DNA from: an uncultured Candidatus Binatia bacterium
Lineage (GTDB): Bacteria > Desulfobacterota > Binatia > Bin18
Length of the DNA: 64,000 bases
Assembly (NCBI GenBank): GCA_965214605.1
Contig: OZ243961.1
Coordinates: 3,136,001 to 3,200,000 of the forward strand
Reading direction: 5' to 3'
The translations under genes and the position numbers were made by a program. Positions 1 through 9,762 of the stretch are shown here, one piece after another (position 1 is the stretch's first letter; every line of letters begins with the position of its first letter). The notes under the pieces are model-generated. The model was given only the letters and a program-made list of their open reading frames with translations. It did not search any database and was not told the DNA's origin.

Positions 1-694
1 GTTGAAGCAGAGCGTTGAACAGGTCTCGTGACAATCTGAACAGGTGTCTGAGATCGTTCGCGTCAACTTTCGCGTCTTCAATTATTTTGAATAGCAAAGG
101 ATCTTTTCTGTCCTTGGGGGGAATCTGCGGGGTAAGGGGAATGGTCTCGGGAATCTCGCCGGATAGCTGAGTTCCTTGTGGACCGAATTTCAGCTGGTAC
201 TGAACCGTCCCTTCATTCTGGGGCACGTGCAGATCTATGCGTGAGACGCGGTGAGAGCCGGGCCGGCGCACCAATTTATCAAGACGATCAATACCGAAAC
301 ATCGGCCAATTTCTTGCTCTAAAGCCTGGTCAAGTCCTTCGGCTTTTTCAAGCGCTTTTCGGATGTGTGTCTCCAAATTCTCGGGCAATGTAGGAGAGGG
401 CCCTTCTGTCGAGAACCAGTCCGTAAGCCAGTCCGTAAGACTGTTCCGAAGAGAGGGGCTGAGACGACTAGCGCTGAACATAGGCGCTGCTAGAGACCAT
501 TGTCGAAGCAGATCCTCGAAACACCGGTGCAAAGCGTAGATAAGGATCGCTAGATAGGACTTCCCCGTATTGCTCGGACCGACGAACACGGTAAGGGGGC
601 GCAGGTCCACGCTGGCTTTTACGATCGGTCCGAAATTCGCCACGTCGAGGCGATAGCCGCCCGTGATCTTTGCTTTACCCGGAGGGGCGCTCAT
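1..694 (-). CDS. AAA family ATPase (AAA_15/AAA_21, OLD/ABC-ATPase-like), N-terminal part, runs off window edge
   Basis: Not in the ORF track. Manual translation from ATG 694 (RBS GGAGG) is open to position 1: MSAPPGKAKITGGYRLDVANFGPIVKASVDLRPLTVFVGPSNTGKSYLA. It has a Walker A motif (GPSNTGKS) and the typical NFGPI lead-in. Confidence 0.85.
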   Translation of the reverse strand, partial: MSAPPGKAKITGGYRLDVANFGPIVKASVDLRPLTVFVGPSNTGKSYLAILIYALHRCFEDLLRQWSLAAPMFSASRLSPSLRNSLTDWLTDWFSTEGPSPTLPENLETHIRKALEKAEGLDQALEQEIGRCFGIDRLDKLVRRPGSHRVSRIDLHVPQNEGTVQYQLKFGPQGTQLSGEIPETIPLTPQIPPKDRKDPLLFKIIEDAKVDANDLRHLFRLSRDLFNALLQ

Positions 695-879
695 AGACCC
701 CCTCCATATCAATCCTCTGCCGCTGCTGCTAGGCCTTCCCCTAGGAGTGTGGGTGGGATGCTCGCCCCGCTGACGAGGTGTTCGGCCCGGTTGAGTTCCT
801 CCCTCACCATAGTGCGTCGTCACCGTGCGATACCGGTTCTCCGCACTCTCGGAGACCACCTACCGCATTCAGGTCCGAC

Positions 880-1062
880 GTGTCCGGGTACTGTGGAACG
901 GTAGCCCCCGAGCCTATGATCGACCGTATCTTGACTCTGGGCGAAGCTGGCGCGGATTATGATGTGTTGCGACTTGAACGGTACACGGACGCCGAAACCT
1001 TCCGGGCCGAGAGCGAGCGCTTTGCCACTCAGGTGATCCTCGAAGTCGGCTGGCCGCCGTAG
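880..1062 (+). pseudogene. Possible C-terminal remnant of an LLM-class oxidoreductase
   Basis: PMIDRILTLGEAGADYDVLRL...ESERFATQVILEV resembles LLM C-termini (ERFAxEVIP). No intact N-terminus. Confidence 0.3.
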
Positions 1063-1070
1063 GGAGAGGT

Positions 1071-1460
1071 TTATGCTGTTCGGTTGGCTGCGGCCAACCG
1101 ACGGCCGGGAAAGTTGATGCCGTCCCATCTAGGTCGAGGAGACGGCGCATTTCCCCTGGTTCGTTGATGGTCCACACATACATTTCGGCGTCGGATCGGG
1201 GTGCCGCGGTGAGCGTCGCCTCTGTGACTAGCGGCAGACCCTCAATAGTCGAGTGGGATCTGGAGTGCCTGGCCGGGCGGGCGATAATCCGAAAGCCGAC
1301 TAGGCGCCTGAAGCCGGCCGTCTCCTGATAGCCGAAGCTTGTTGCAATTAGGAGGCACGGAGCCGGCACCGCGTCGTGTTCGGGGGCAGGGAGCACGTCG
1401 TTGGCTTTGCCGCAGGCGTTGACTACAGCCAATACCGCTCCGTCTAAGGGGCTTGTCGCC
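1071..1460 (-). pseudogene. Glycerophosphodiester phosphodiesterase (GDPD) remnant, frameshifted, C-terminal half
   Basis: Fragments in different frames join as LAVVNACGKANDVL...IATSFGYQET / DYRPPGQALQIPLDY / GLPLVTEATL...MYVWTINEPGEMRRLLDL. The VWTIN..EMRRLLDL stretch is the GDPD signature. Confidence 0.65.
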
Positions 1461-1566
1461 CCCGGCGCTCACCAGACCGGTATCATCTCCGAGGCTTCTC
1501 TGATCATCTTGCCGAACTGCCATGCAAGGGAGCAAACGCCTGCTGCTGCAGCACCGGACACAATGC

Positions 1567-2685
1567 CTAGCGCCGCAGCCCGGCCTGGCGCATTAAGGGC
1601 AATACCTTTTCTCCGAAGTATTTCATCTCTTCGTTATAGTCGAGCCAGCTCAGAATCATGCCCTCCAGGCCAATCTGGGACAGTTTGCAGAGTTCGTCGA
1701 CCACCTGTTCGGGCGTACCCACTAGTGGATAGCCGCCCCAGCCGGCGATAAACCGCTCGGCAAACTCGGTCAGGTGCTGCTCGGAGAAGGACTCACTCTC
1801 AATGCCCAGCAGGCCTAAAATCGTGCGGGCCGCCTCCCAGTCGCCTTTTTCAACAATGGAACGATACTTCTGCTGGGCTTCTTTTTGGGTATCGCAGCAT
1901 ACCACCAAGCCGTAGGTCATGACCCCAATCTCGCGCTGATACTGACGGGCTAGCTGTTTGATCTCGGTGGTAATGGCTCTGCCGTTTTCAAGCGTATCGA
2001 CCGCCATAAAATTGAAATCAACCTCGCGGGCGGCAAAGTCCTTACCGGCTGGGGAAAAGCCGGCGTTGATCAGCGTGGGGTAAGGCTTTTGGACGGGTTT
2101 GGGCAACAGATAGCCGTCTTTGATCTGAAAAAATTCCCCCTGATGATCAAAGCCCTGTTCGGTCCACATCCGTTTGATGACCTGAATCCACTCCGAGGCA
2201 TAGCGGTAGCGCTCGGCGTGCTCCATCTGTTTGGCGCCAAACATTTCCATTTCGGGTGTAAACCAGCCGCACACAATGTTGAGCCCCCAGCGACCGGTGG
2301 AGATATGGTCAATCGTTGCGCCCTGTTTAGCGGCCACAACGGGGTGGATGGTCGGCGCATGAGAAGTCGAAAACAACATGATGCGTTCGGTCTGGGCCGC
2401 CAGGGCGGCCGCCCAAGTATAGGTCTCCATGCAGGTCCCGTTAAAGTCGGTTGAGCCGCCAAACCCCCGCCACCGGCCGACCGGCACCAAGAGTTCAAAG
2501 CCGAGCCGGTCGGCCTGTTGGGCGATCGCTAAGGTGTGCTCGTAGGTTGCTTCATACGTCGTTTCCGCGTGCGTAATGGTGCAGCCGTTGCTACAGTTTG
2601 AGCCAAACACCCCTAGCTTCATCTTGTTGTCGTTGAAAACCGGGACAGTGGCACGGCGGTATTCCATCAGCTCGCTGGCATGCAT
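1567..2685 (-). CDS. LLM-class flavin-dependent monooxygenase (RutA/SsuD-like)
   Basis: Motifs MKLGVF, RWRGFGG, HPVVAAKQGATIDHISTGRWGLNIVCGW, PKPVQKPYP, VGTPEQV. RBS GGAGG precedes ATG 2685. Confidence 0.9.
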   Translation of the reverse strand: MHASELMEYRRATVPVFNDNKMKLGVFGSNCSNGCTITHAETTYEATYEHTLAIAQQADRLGFELLVPVGRWRGFGGSTDFNGTCMETYTWAAALAAQTERIMLFSTSHAPTIHPVVAAKQGATIDHISTGRWGLNIVCGWFTPEMEMFGAKQMEHAERYRYASEWIQVIKRMWTEQGFDHQGEFFQIKDGYLLPKPVQKPYPTLINAGFSPAGKDFAAREVDFNFMAVDTLENGRAITTEIKQLARQYQREIGVMTYGLVVCCDTQKEAQQKYRSIVEKGDWEAARTILGLLGIESESFSEQHLTEFAERFIAGWGGYPLVGTPEQVVDELCKLSQIGLEGMILSWLDYNEEMKYFGEKVLPLMRQAGLRR

Positions 2686-2718
2686 AGCGGTCTTTCCTCC
2701 TGAGGACATGGCCGAGGG

Positions 2719-3315
2719 TCAAACGGCTGAGGGCGGCACGTCCCGGCGCAAAAACGCAACAACCTGGTCCGTCAGCTCATCCGCCCTGGCATCTAGCTCG
2801 GCCTGGCTCAGATTGGCGATCGGATGGGGAGTGACGACAAACGCATAGTCTGGTGCCCCCCAGTTTTTGGCCATGGCTTGGCCAGTGGCGATAAACGGCT
2901 GGGTGATAATGGCCACGGCCGGAATACCGATTTTTTCCAGTTTCATACCGTCGAGCACACTGCTCGAACTGCACGAGCCTCAATCGCCGACGCCGGACAG
3001 CACGAGATCGGTCTGTTGCCGAAAGCGGGCCAGAGCATCCTCACTCACGCTGTGGCCGGAGGACTTTTTGCGGGCCAGATGCACCATGGTCGTGCCGTAG
3101 CGCTCGTGTAAACGGTGGGCAATTTTCAGCAGCAGGACGTCGGAGTTAAACTTTGTGTTTTCGACCAGGCCGAGCCGCAGCCCGTCCAGCGAGCGTGGAC
3201 GCGGGGCGTAGGAAAAAGAGGTCGGTGATATCTTCCCTGGAGAGGGGGCCTCGCCAATATCTTTTCCGGCCGGGTGTTGGGGCGAGACGGTTGGGTCAAA
3301 GACGGTGCGAGGCAT
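2719..3315 (-). CDS. UGSC-family selenoprotein (198 aa, Sec at codon 112)
   Basis: ORFs 2980..3336 and 2719..2958 are in one frame joined through TGA at 2980-2982: LVLSGVGD-U-GSCSSSSVLDGMKLEKIGIPAV. RBS GGAGG precedes ATG 3315. A hairpin follows the TGA. Confidence 0.85.
2950..2982 (-). promoter_or_regulatory. Putative bacterial SECIS element
   Basis: UGA-GGCUCGUGCAGU-UCGAGCA-GUG-UGCUCGA: a 7-bp stem (2951-2967) with a G-first apical loop 19 nt after the UGA, consistent with bacterial SECIS geometry. Confidence 0.65.
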
Positions 3316-3332
3316 GGCGGTCCTCCTATGGT

Positions 3333-4376
3333 TCATTCAATCGGGACGGTCACACTGCGGGTCCATTTATTCCCCCAGCCCGGCAGGCAGGCCGACCAGC
3401 TGCCGGCCCGGCCACCCGCACACACGATGAGCAGGTCTTCGGGCTGGCGCATGACATACCGCCAGGTGGTTTCGTCGTCCGGCGTGATCTGTCCGGGCAG
3501 ACGCGCCGCGCGTTTAAAATCGGCCACCGTCCGGCGGGCGTGTTGAACCAGGAATTCTTGGACGCGGTGTTTGCTCCAGCCGCTCTTGGCCAGCACCTCG
3601 GTGTGTTCTCCGGCCAAAACAAGCAGGGTCTGGTTAAAACCGTACACGTTCGGCGTGGCCAGGTTGCACACGGCATCGGCAAATTCGAGCAACAGGGGTT
3701 CTGGACGGCTGGCGAGTTGGTTGTAGACACCGCTCAGGCTATTGGAGGCGTAGAGCGTTACGGTGCTGTCGTGGGGCTGAAAGCCGCGCTCGACATGGAG
3801 CGGTTGCCACGGCGTATTGGCCTCGTCCTCGGCAAAACACAGGGTGTATTTCCCTGGGGTGCCAAGCGTGGCACGGTCCAACAGGCCGGGTCTCGTATTG
3901 AGGACGTTCATCATCACCAGTCTGAGGGTGCGTCCAATCGTGGCATTGGCACGATGACCGGGGCCGAACAGATTGTTGCCCGAGTTGATGCCGAGGGCCG
4001 GACCGAGAGGACCGTTGACAATAATGGCCAGGGCCGAGCCGCCAGTGCTCGTCGCCGGATTATGATAGCTGAAGTCCGGGTGACACAGGGCTTTCACCGC
4101 GGCCAAGACGAGCGGAAAGTAGTCGGGCAAACAGCCAGCCATAACTGCGTTAATGGCGACCTTTTCCGCGGGAATTCGGGCGTTGCGTTCGGGAATCGTG
4201 CCGATGATATCGACCGGGCCAAGCTTTCCGGCGTCGAGCATGGCCCGGACCGAGTCTTCGGTTGGCGGGACAAGGGGCAGACCGTCGCTCCAGCCCTGCC
4301 GATAGTAAAACTCAATCCAGGCCGCGGCCTCGGCTGGGTCAGAGCGCGGCGGATTGTTCGCAGTGCTCACAGGCAT
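3333..4376 (-). CDS. Conserved hypothetical protein, UGSC-associated partner (GWSDGLPLVPPT family)
   Basis: Motifs GWSDGLPLVPPT, EKVAINAVMAGC, NGP, GPGHRANATIGR, LGTPGKY, FAEDE. Lies directly upstream of the UGSC gene. Confidence 0.8.
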   Translation of the reverse strand: MPVSTANNPPRSDPAEAAAWIEFYYRQGWSDGLPLVPPTEDSVRAMLDAGKLGPVDIIGTIPERNARIPAEKVAINAVMAGCLPDYFPLVLAAVKALCHPDFSYHNPATSTGGSALAIIVNGPLGPALGINSGNNLFGPGHRANATIGRTLRLVMMNVLNTRPGLLDRATLGTPGKYTLCFAEDEANTPWQPLHVERGFQPHDSTVTLYASNSLSGVYNQLASRPEPLLLEFADAVCNLATPNVYGFNQTLLVLAGEHTEVLAKSGWSKHRVQEFLVQHARRTVADFKRAARLPGQITPDDETTWRYVMRQPEDLLIVCAGGRAGSWSACLPGWGNKWTRSVTVPIE

Positions 4377-4403
4377 GAGCTTCCCTTGTGGGTGAACGGG
4401 CCA

Positions 4404-5165
4404 CTACTGGGCGATCAAACCGCCGTCAACCGCCATTGGCAGACCGGTCACAAATGAGGCGGCATCGGAACACAACCACGCCACCGCTTCGGCAATTTCT
4501 TCGGGCTGACCGAGGCGCCCGACCGGCTCGATCGTAGCCACCCCCTCTTCCATGGCGGGGCTTTTTTCAAAGGCGCGCTTCACCATCGGCGTTTCAATCA
4601 CGCCCGGACACACGGCATTGACCCGAATCCCGGCTTTGGCGTATTCCAGGGCGGCCGTTTTCGTCAGGCCATTCACCCCGTGTTTGCTCGCCACATAAGC
4701 GGAAAGACCCTGAAAGCCAACCAGACCGGCGACCGAAGCGGTATTCACAATAGCCCCGCCGCCGTTTTGCAGCATGACCGGGATTTCGTACTTCATGCAC
4801 AGCCACACTCCGGTCAGATCAATGGCCACAACCCGGTCAAAATCCTCTTCCGTATAGTCAACCGTTGAACACACCGGCCCTTCAATACCGGCATTATTAA
4901 ACGCGCAGTCGAGCCGGCCATAGGTTTCGACCGTCTGATTGACCATGGCTTCCACTTCGGACGCCTGTGAGACATCGGCCTTGATAAAAATCGCCTCGCC
5001 ACCGGCCTCCTTGATCAGTCTGACCGTCTCCTGGCCACCCTCAACAACAACATCGGCAACCGCTAGCTTCGCATTTTCTCGGGCCATTGTCAGACAGGTG
5101 GCCCGACCAATGCCCGAGCCTCCTCCGGTGACTAATGCAACTTTTCCATCCAAACGACCAACCAT
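4404..5165 (-). CDS. SDR family oxidoreductase (NAD-dependent, CpnA/LinC-like)
   Basis: TGGGSGIG, NNAG and the YVASK catalytic motif. Confidence 0.92.
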   Translation of the reverse strand: MVGRLDGKVALVTGGGSGIGRATCLTMARENAKLAVADVVVEGGQETVRLIKEAGGEAIFIKADVSQASEVEAMVNQTVETYGRLDCAFNNAGIEGPVCSTVDYTEEDFDRVVAIDLTGVWLCMKYEIPVMLQNGGGAIVNTASVAGLVGFQGLSAYVASKHGVNGLTKTAALEYAKAGIRVNAVCPGVIETPMVKRAFEKSPAMEEGVATIEPVGRLGQPEEIAEAVAWLCSDAASFVTGLPMAVDGGLIAQ

Positions 5166-5212
5166 AAGTGATACTCCTTTCTCTCCATCGTCGCTCTGTG
5201 TTAAGGGGGTTC

Positions 5213-5905
5213 CTACCTGTCCGTCTCCAACAGGGCCACCTGCAAGGCCGCGACCTCCTGTCGCAAGGCTCTCACCTCACGCAACAGCGTCTCAGACTGA
5301 GGATCGGCGTCGCGTTGCAGATAGCCAGACTCAAGAATACGGATAAATTCTTCGGCAACGGTTTCTGGCGTCCACTCGCCACCCGGTCGGTACCAGCGGT
5401 GCATCCAGTTCCACATGCCGATCAGGGCATAGGTAAAACGTTTGGGGTGGACCGGGATCAACACGCCGGTGCTCACCCCCTCTTCGATGACTTTCTCAAT
5501 AACCTGGCCAAAGGCCCGGTTGGCCCGCGTGACCGAGCGTCCCATCTCGGCTGGGAGATTGAAAATTTCCGAGAAAAAGACCTGGGCCAGAGGCATATGG
5601 GAGGCAAGGTAGTGAACATGGTGACGGGTGATGCGGCGCAGTTTCTCTTTGACCGGCAAGTCCTCGGCCGCAATACGCTCAAGCGCCGTTTGGGTCGAAG
5701 AAATGACTTGATTATAGATCTGGCGCAAGAGTTCTTCTTTGCTCGGAAAATAGGAATAAAACGCGGCTCGGGAGATACCGGCGGCAACCGCAATATCGTC
5801 TAGCGTGGTGGCGTGATAGCCGCGCTGGCTGAACATATCGGTCGCCACCCTGAGGATTTCTCCCTCGACCGCAGCGCGTTTACGAGATCGCTTGCCCGTC
5901 AGCAT
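5213..5905 (-). CDS. TetR family regulator, KstR2-like C-terminal domain
   Basis: HTH TTLDDIAVAAGISRAAFYSYFPSKEEL and C-terminal GMWNWMHRWYRPGG. Carries an extra heptad-like tail (LLREVRALRQEVAAL). Confidence 0.88.
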   Translation of the reverse strand: MLTGKRSRKRAAVEGEILRVATDMFSQRGYHATTLDDIAVAAGISRAAFYSYFPSKEELLRQIYNQVISSTQTALERIAAEDLPVKEKLRRITRHHVHYLASHMPLAQVFFSEIFNLPAEMGRSVTRANRAFGQVIEKVIEEGVSTGVLIPVHPKRFTYALIGMWNWMHRWYRPGGEWTPETVAEEFIRILESGYLQRDADPQSETLLREVRALRQEVAALQVALLETDR

Positions 5906-5956
5906 GTCGCGTCCTTAGTAGCCTTTCTGGTACGGTCCAGGCAAGCCCTCTCTTGC

Positions 5957-6002
5957 TTGACACCGGTGGGGTGCTAGGCATATACACGCCAGAGTATATA
6001 AT
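5957..6002 (+). promoter_or_regulatory. Divergent promoter region with candidate TetR operator
   Basis: TTGACA at 5957-5962 and TATAAT at 5997-6002 (too far apart to be one promoter). Inverted repeat ATATAC-N8-GTATAT at 5980-5999. Confidence 0.5.
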
Positions 6003-6065
6003 GTGGACTGCGTAATATGTAGAGGAGAGAAGACGCACCGCGCAGGCTATTTGAAGGAGGAGACC

Positions 6066-7202
6066 ATGTCGTTACATGTTGGCTATGCCCCGGTTTTTCA
6101 GAATCCCGGCAACGCGCTGTCGGACGCCGAAGTATATCAAGAGGAGCTGCGTTTGGCCGAGCTGGCCGAGCCGCTGGGTTTCGACTCCGTGTGGTCGATT
6201 GAGCATCATTTTACCGACTATACCATGTGCCCGGACGCGGTCCAGTTTCTGTCCTACATGGCTGGCAAGACTAAGCATATGAAGTTAGGCACGATGGTCA
6301 TCGTCCTGCCGTGGCACGATCCGATCCGGGTTGCTGAACAAATCTCGCTGCTTGATCATCTGTCGGACGGTCGGATGATTTTAGGCTTTGGCCGAGGCTT
6401 GGCTCGGGTTGAATACGAGGGCTTCCGGATCGATCAAAACGAGGGCCGCAACCGTTTTGTTGAATACGCCGAGCTAGTTATTAACGGCCTGAAAAACGGC
6501 TATGTGGAGGGCGGCTTGGAGACTCAGCAACCGCGCCGTGATATCCGGCCGTATCCCAAATATTCCTTTGAAGGCCGCACCTATGCCGCGGCGGTGTCGC
6601 CGGAGTCGATGCCGATTATGGCCAAGCTAGGGATTGGCCTGCTGGTTATTCCGCAGAAACCGTGGGAGGTCGTGCAGCAGGATTTTGAGGTCTACCACAA
6701 GGTTTGGAAGGAAGAGCACGGGGCTGATTCCACCCCGCCCCAGCCACTCTGTGGGGGCTTCTTTTATGTGGACGAAGATGAAAAGCGGGCCGAGGAGAAC
6801 GCTTACAAGTGGATTGGTGCCTACTACCATACCGCCATGCGCCACTATGAAATGACCGGCCAGCATTTCGGAACGCATAAGAGCTACGAGTTCTACAGCA
6901 ACGTTGGCAAATATATCAGCAAACACGGCATGGACGGTGCGGCCAGAGACTTTGTCAAGCTGATGCCGTGGGGGACGCCGGACCAGGTGCTGCGCAAAAT
7001 TGAAAATATGCGCACCATGATCGATATGAACGGCATCATGTGTAACATGAGCTATGCGGGGATGCCGTACGCTGAGGTGGAGCGCAGCCTGAAGTGCTTT
7101 GCAAAACACGTCCTGCCCGAACTCAAGAAGTGGGACACTACTCCGTTGGCCGCGCCTCAGCCGCTGACCAACATGCCGGCGCCTGCTTCCAAGGCTGCCT
7201 AA
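6066..7202 (+). CDS. LLM-class flavin-dependent oxidoreductase (luciferase-like)
   Basis: GFDSVWSIEHHF, VLPWHDPIRVAEQISLLDHLSDGR, WGTPDQV. RBS AAGGAGG precedes ATG 6066. Confidence 0.9.
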   Translation: MSLHVGYAPVFQNPGNALSDAEVYQEELRLAELAEPLGFDSVWSIEHHFTDYTMCPDAVQFLSYMAGKTKHMKLGTMVIVLPWHDPIRVAEQISLLDHLSDGRMILGFGRGLARVEYEGFRIDQNEGRNRFVEYAELVINGLKNGYVEGGLETQQPRRDIRPYPKYSFEGRTYAAAVSPESMPIMAKLGIGLLVIPQKPWEVVQQDFEVYHKVWKEEHGADSTPPQPLCGGFFYVDEDEKRAEENAYKWIGAYYHTAMRHYEMTGQHFGTHKSYEFYSNVGKYISKHGMDGAARDFVKLMPWGTPDQVLRKIENMRTMIDMNGIMCNMSYAGMPYAEVERSLKCFAKHVLPELKKWDTTPLAAPQPLTNMPAPASKAA

Positions 7203-7231
7203 GACGTGTCCTCATTCCCGGGAATGTCTGT

Positions 7232-7266
7232 GGCGGGGCGGCCAAGCGGTCGCCCCGCCTTGTTGT
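7232..7266 (+). terminator. Rho-independent terminator-like hairpin
   Basis: GGCGGGGCGGCC-AAGC-GGTCGCCCCGCC followed by TTGTT. Confidence 0.55.
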
Positions 7267-7363
7267 CTGGCTTTCGTCTTTTTTTGCTATCAGCTACACT
7301 CACCCAGGCGGTCAAAGGAGCAGCCCGGCCGGCTCTCACCGCTTAGTCGAGGAGGATTGAGCA

Positions 7364-8554
7364 ATGGCCGATCTTGAAACCTTTCGTGTCAACACTCGAC
7401 AATGGCTCAACGACCATGCCCCGGCATCCCTTATCGGGACGGCGTCAAACGAGCTGGAGGGCAACTGGGGGGGACGCAAGGCGCGGTATAGGAATCCAGA
7501 CGCCAAGGTGTGGCTTGATCGCATGGCCGAAAAGGGCTGGACCGCACCCGAATGGCCGGCCCAGTACGGCGGTGGCGGGCTGTCAAAGGCAGAGGCCAAG
7601 ATCGTGCGCGAGGAAATGGCGTCACTAAAGCTACCGGTGCCGTTGATCGGATTTGGCCTGACCATGATCGGTCCGACCCTGCTGGAGTATGGGACTGAAG
7701 AACAAAAACACGAACACCTGCCCAAGATCGTACGTGGTGAAATTCGCTGGTGTCAGGGCTATTCAGAGCCCGGCTCGGGCAGCGATCTGGCCTCGCTCCA
7801 AACCCGAGCCGTGCGAGACGGCGACTTCTATGTGATCAACGGGCAGAAGATCTGGACCTCCTATGCCAATTTCGCCGACTGGATGTTTCTGCTGGTCAGG
7901 ACCGACCCGGACGCCCCCAAGCACCGGGGCATCACCTTCATCCTGATGGACATGGAAACTCCTGGGGTTGAAACCCGACCGATTAAGCTGATTAGTGGAT
8001 CTTCGCCGTTCTGCGAGACCTTCCTGACCGACGTCAGAGTGCCGGTCGACAATGTGATCGGCCATGTGAACGAGGGCTGGAGCGTGGCCAAGGCGCTCCT
8101 GAACCACGAACGTTCGATGATCGCCACCGCTTTTGGCGGCGGGGGGGGCAAACGCCGTGGGATGCGGGACTGGGCCAAAAAATATCTCGAGTTTGACGGG
8201 GAACGGATCGCCGATGCAGCCCTGCGGGATCGGATCGCCCGTTTTGAGATGGATAATGCGGCTTTTCGGCTGACCTCCGACCGGAGCCGTGACGCGGCTA
8301 AGGCGGGCCGGCCGCCGGGCCCGGAGAGCTCAATGTTTAAGATCTACGGCACCGAACTCAACCAACGGCGGCAGGAACTGCTGCTGTCAATTGCCGGTCC
8401 GCAGGCCCTGGGCTGGGAAGGCCCGGGGTTTGAAGCACGTGAGTTAAGCCTGACCCGCGACTGGCTGCGTTCACGGGGCAACACGATTGAAGGCGGGACA
8501 AGCGAGATTCAACTCAATGTGATCGCCAAGCGGGTGCTGGGACTGCCGGATTAG
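7364..8554 (+). CDS. Acyl-CoA dehydrogenase (large subunit of a tandem pair)
   Basis: WCQGYSEPGSGSDLASL, NGQKIWTS, TIEGGTSEIQLNVIAKRVLGLP. Confidence 0.92.
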   Translation: MADLETFRVNTRQWLNDHAPASLIGTASNELEGNWGGRKARYRNPDAKVWLDRMAEKGWTAPEWPAQYGGGGLSKAEAKIVREEMASLKLPVPLIGFGLTMIGPTLLEYGTEEQKHEHLPKIVRGEIRWCQGYSEPGSGSDLASLQTRAVRDGDFYVINGQKIWTSYANFADWMFLLVRTDPDAPKHRGITFILMDMETPGVETRPIKLISGSSPFCETFLTDVRVPVDNVIGHVNEGWSVAKALLNHERSMIATAFGGGGGKRRGMRDWAKKYLEFDGERIADAALRDRIARFEMDNAAFRLTSDRSRDAAKAGRPPGPESSMFKIYGTELNQRRQELLLSIAGPQALGWEGPGFEARELSLTRDWLRSRGNTIEGGTSEIQLNVIAKRVLGLPD

Positions 8555-8557
8555 GAG

Positions 8558-9715
8558 ATGGGACAAGTGACTCAGCAGCTCGTTCTCACCGAAGATCAAG
8601 AACTCCTGGCCCAAACCGCCTTCGACTATGTGCGGGCCAACTCGCCCGTCTCACGCGTGCGGGAATTACGCGACTCCGGAGACCCGGTCGGCTTTTCTCG
8701 TTCGCTGTGGCAAGACATGGCCCAACTGGGCTGGGTCGGTATTCTGATTCCCGAGGAGTATGGCGGGGCCGGGATGGGCATGGCCGATTTTGCCGTTGTC
8801 ATAGAAGCGCTGGGCCGCAACCTCGCCCCTGAACCGTTTCTCTCGACTGTGCTGCTGGCCGGACAGTTGCTGTCGATCGCCGGCAGCTCTGACCAAAAAC
8901 AGGCCTGGCTGCCGGGTATCGCTGCGGGCGAAAAGATTCTCACTGTGGCCTACCAAGAGGCCAACAGCCGCTATAACCTGAATCGGGTCAGCACCACAGC
9001 CAAGGCCGAAGGCGGGGTGTGGCGGATTGAAGGCCAAAAGGTTCAGGTCCTAGACGCCTTTGCCGCGGACGCACTGATTGTCTCGGCCCTAACATCTGGG
9101 AGGAACACCGCTCCTGACGGCATCAGTCTGTTTCTGATTCCCAAGGACGCGCCCGGTGTCGGCATCATACCCCAGTCTCGGGTTGACTGTCGGCCCGTTG
9201 CTCTGGTAGGATTGAGAGACGTAACGGTTGGGATGGAGAGTATGGTTGGTGCTGTTGGGGGGGGAGGGCCGTTCCTTTCTCAGGTCGTTGATCAGGCGAC
9301 TGTTGGGTTATGCGCGGAAATGCTCGGCGGGATGACCCAGATCTTTGAGACCACCCTGGATTATTTGAAAACGCGGACCCAATTTGGGGTGCGGATTGGC
9401 AGCTTTCAGGCACTCAAGCACCGGGCGGCCCGGCTGTTCATGGATCTTGAGCTGGCTCGCTCCGCGGTCATGGCCGCGGCCCGGGCTGTTGACAGCGGTG
9501 ATGCTGAGGCGGAAGCGTTTATCTCGCTGGCCAAGGCGCGCTGCTCCGATACGTTTGTGTTGGCTGCCAACGAAGGCGTTCAGATGCACGGTGGTATCGG
9601 GATGACGGATGAGCATGATGCGGGGTTGTATATCAAACGTGCCCGGGTGGCCGAGATGACCTTTGGGGATGCGGCCTGGCACCGTGAGCGCTGGGCGCGG
9701 CTGCGGGAGTATTAG
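8558..9715 (+). CDS. Acyl-CoA dehydrogenase (partner subunit)
   Basis: LIPEEYGGAG, RTQFGVRIGSFQALKHR, VQMHGGIGMTDEH. Starts 3 nt after the previous gene. Confidence 0.92.
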   Translation: MGQVTQQLVLTEDQELLAQTAFDYVRANSPVSRVRELRDSGDPVGFSRSLWQDMAQLGWVGILIPEEYGGAGMGMADFAVVIEALGRNLAPEPFLSTVLLAGQLLSIAGSSDQKQAWLPGIAAGEKILTVAYQEANSRYNLNRVSTTAKAEGGVWRIEGQKVQVLDAFAADALIVSALTSGRNTAPDGISLFLIPKDAPGVGIIPQSRVDCRPVALVGLRDVTVGMESMVGAVGGGGPFLSQVVDQATVGLCAEMLGGMTQIFETTLDYLKTRTQFGVRIGSFQALKHRAARLFMDLELARSAVMAAARAVDSGDAEAEAFISLAKARCSDTFVLAANEGVQMHGGIGMTDEHDAGLYIKRARVAEMTFGDAAWHRERWARLREY

Positions 9716-9762
9716 CCAAGAGCGCCTGCCTGAGTATAGGTTTGACCTGTAAGGGGGATCAG

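Noticed and set aside
2719-2958. Separate 79-aa gene, or a nonsense-split pseudogene
   Set aside because: No RBS before the GTG. The in-frame UxxC motif and SECIS-like hairpin favour Sec recoding.
3153-4457. Long antisense ORFs (also 22337..23521 and 45447..46673)
   Set aside because: Shadow frames of well-supported genes in GC-rich DNA, with no motifs.
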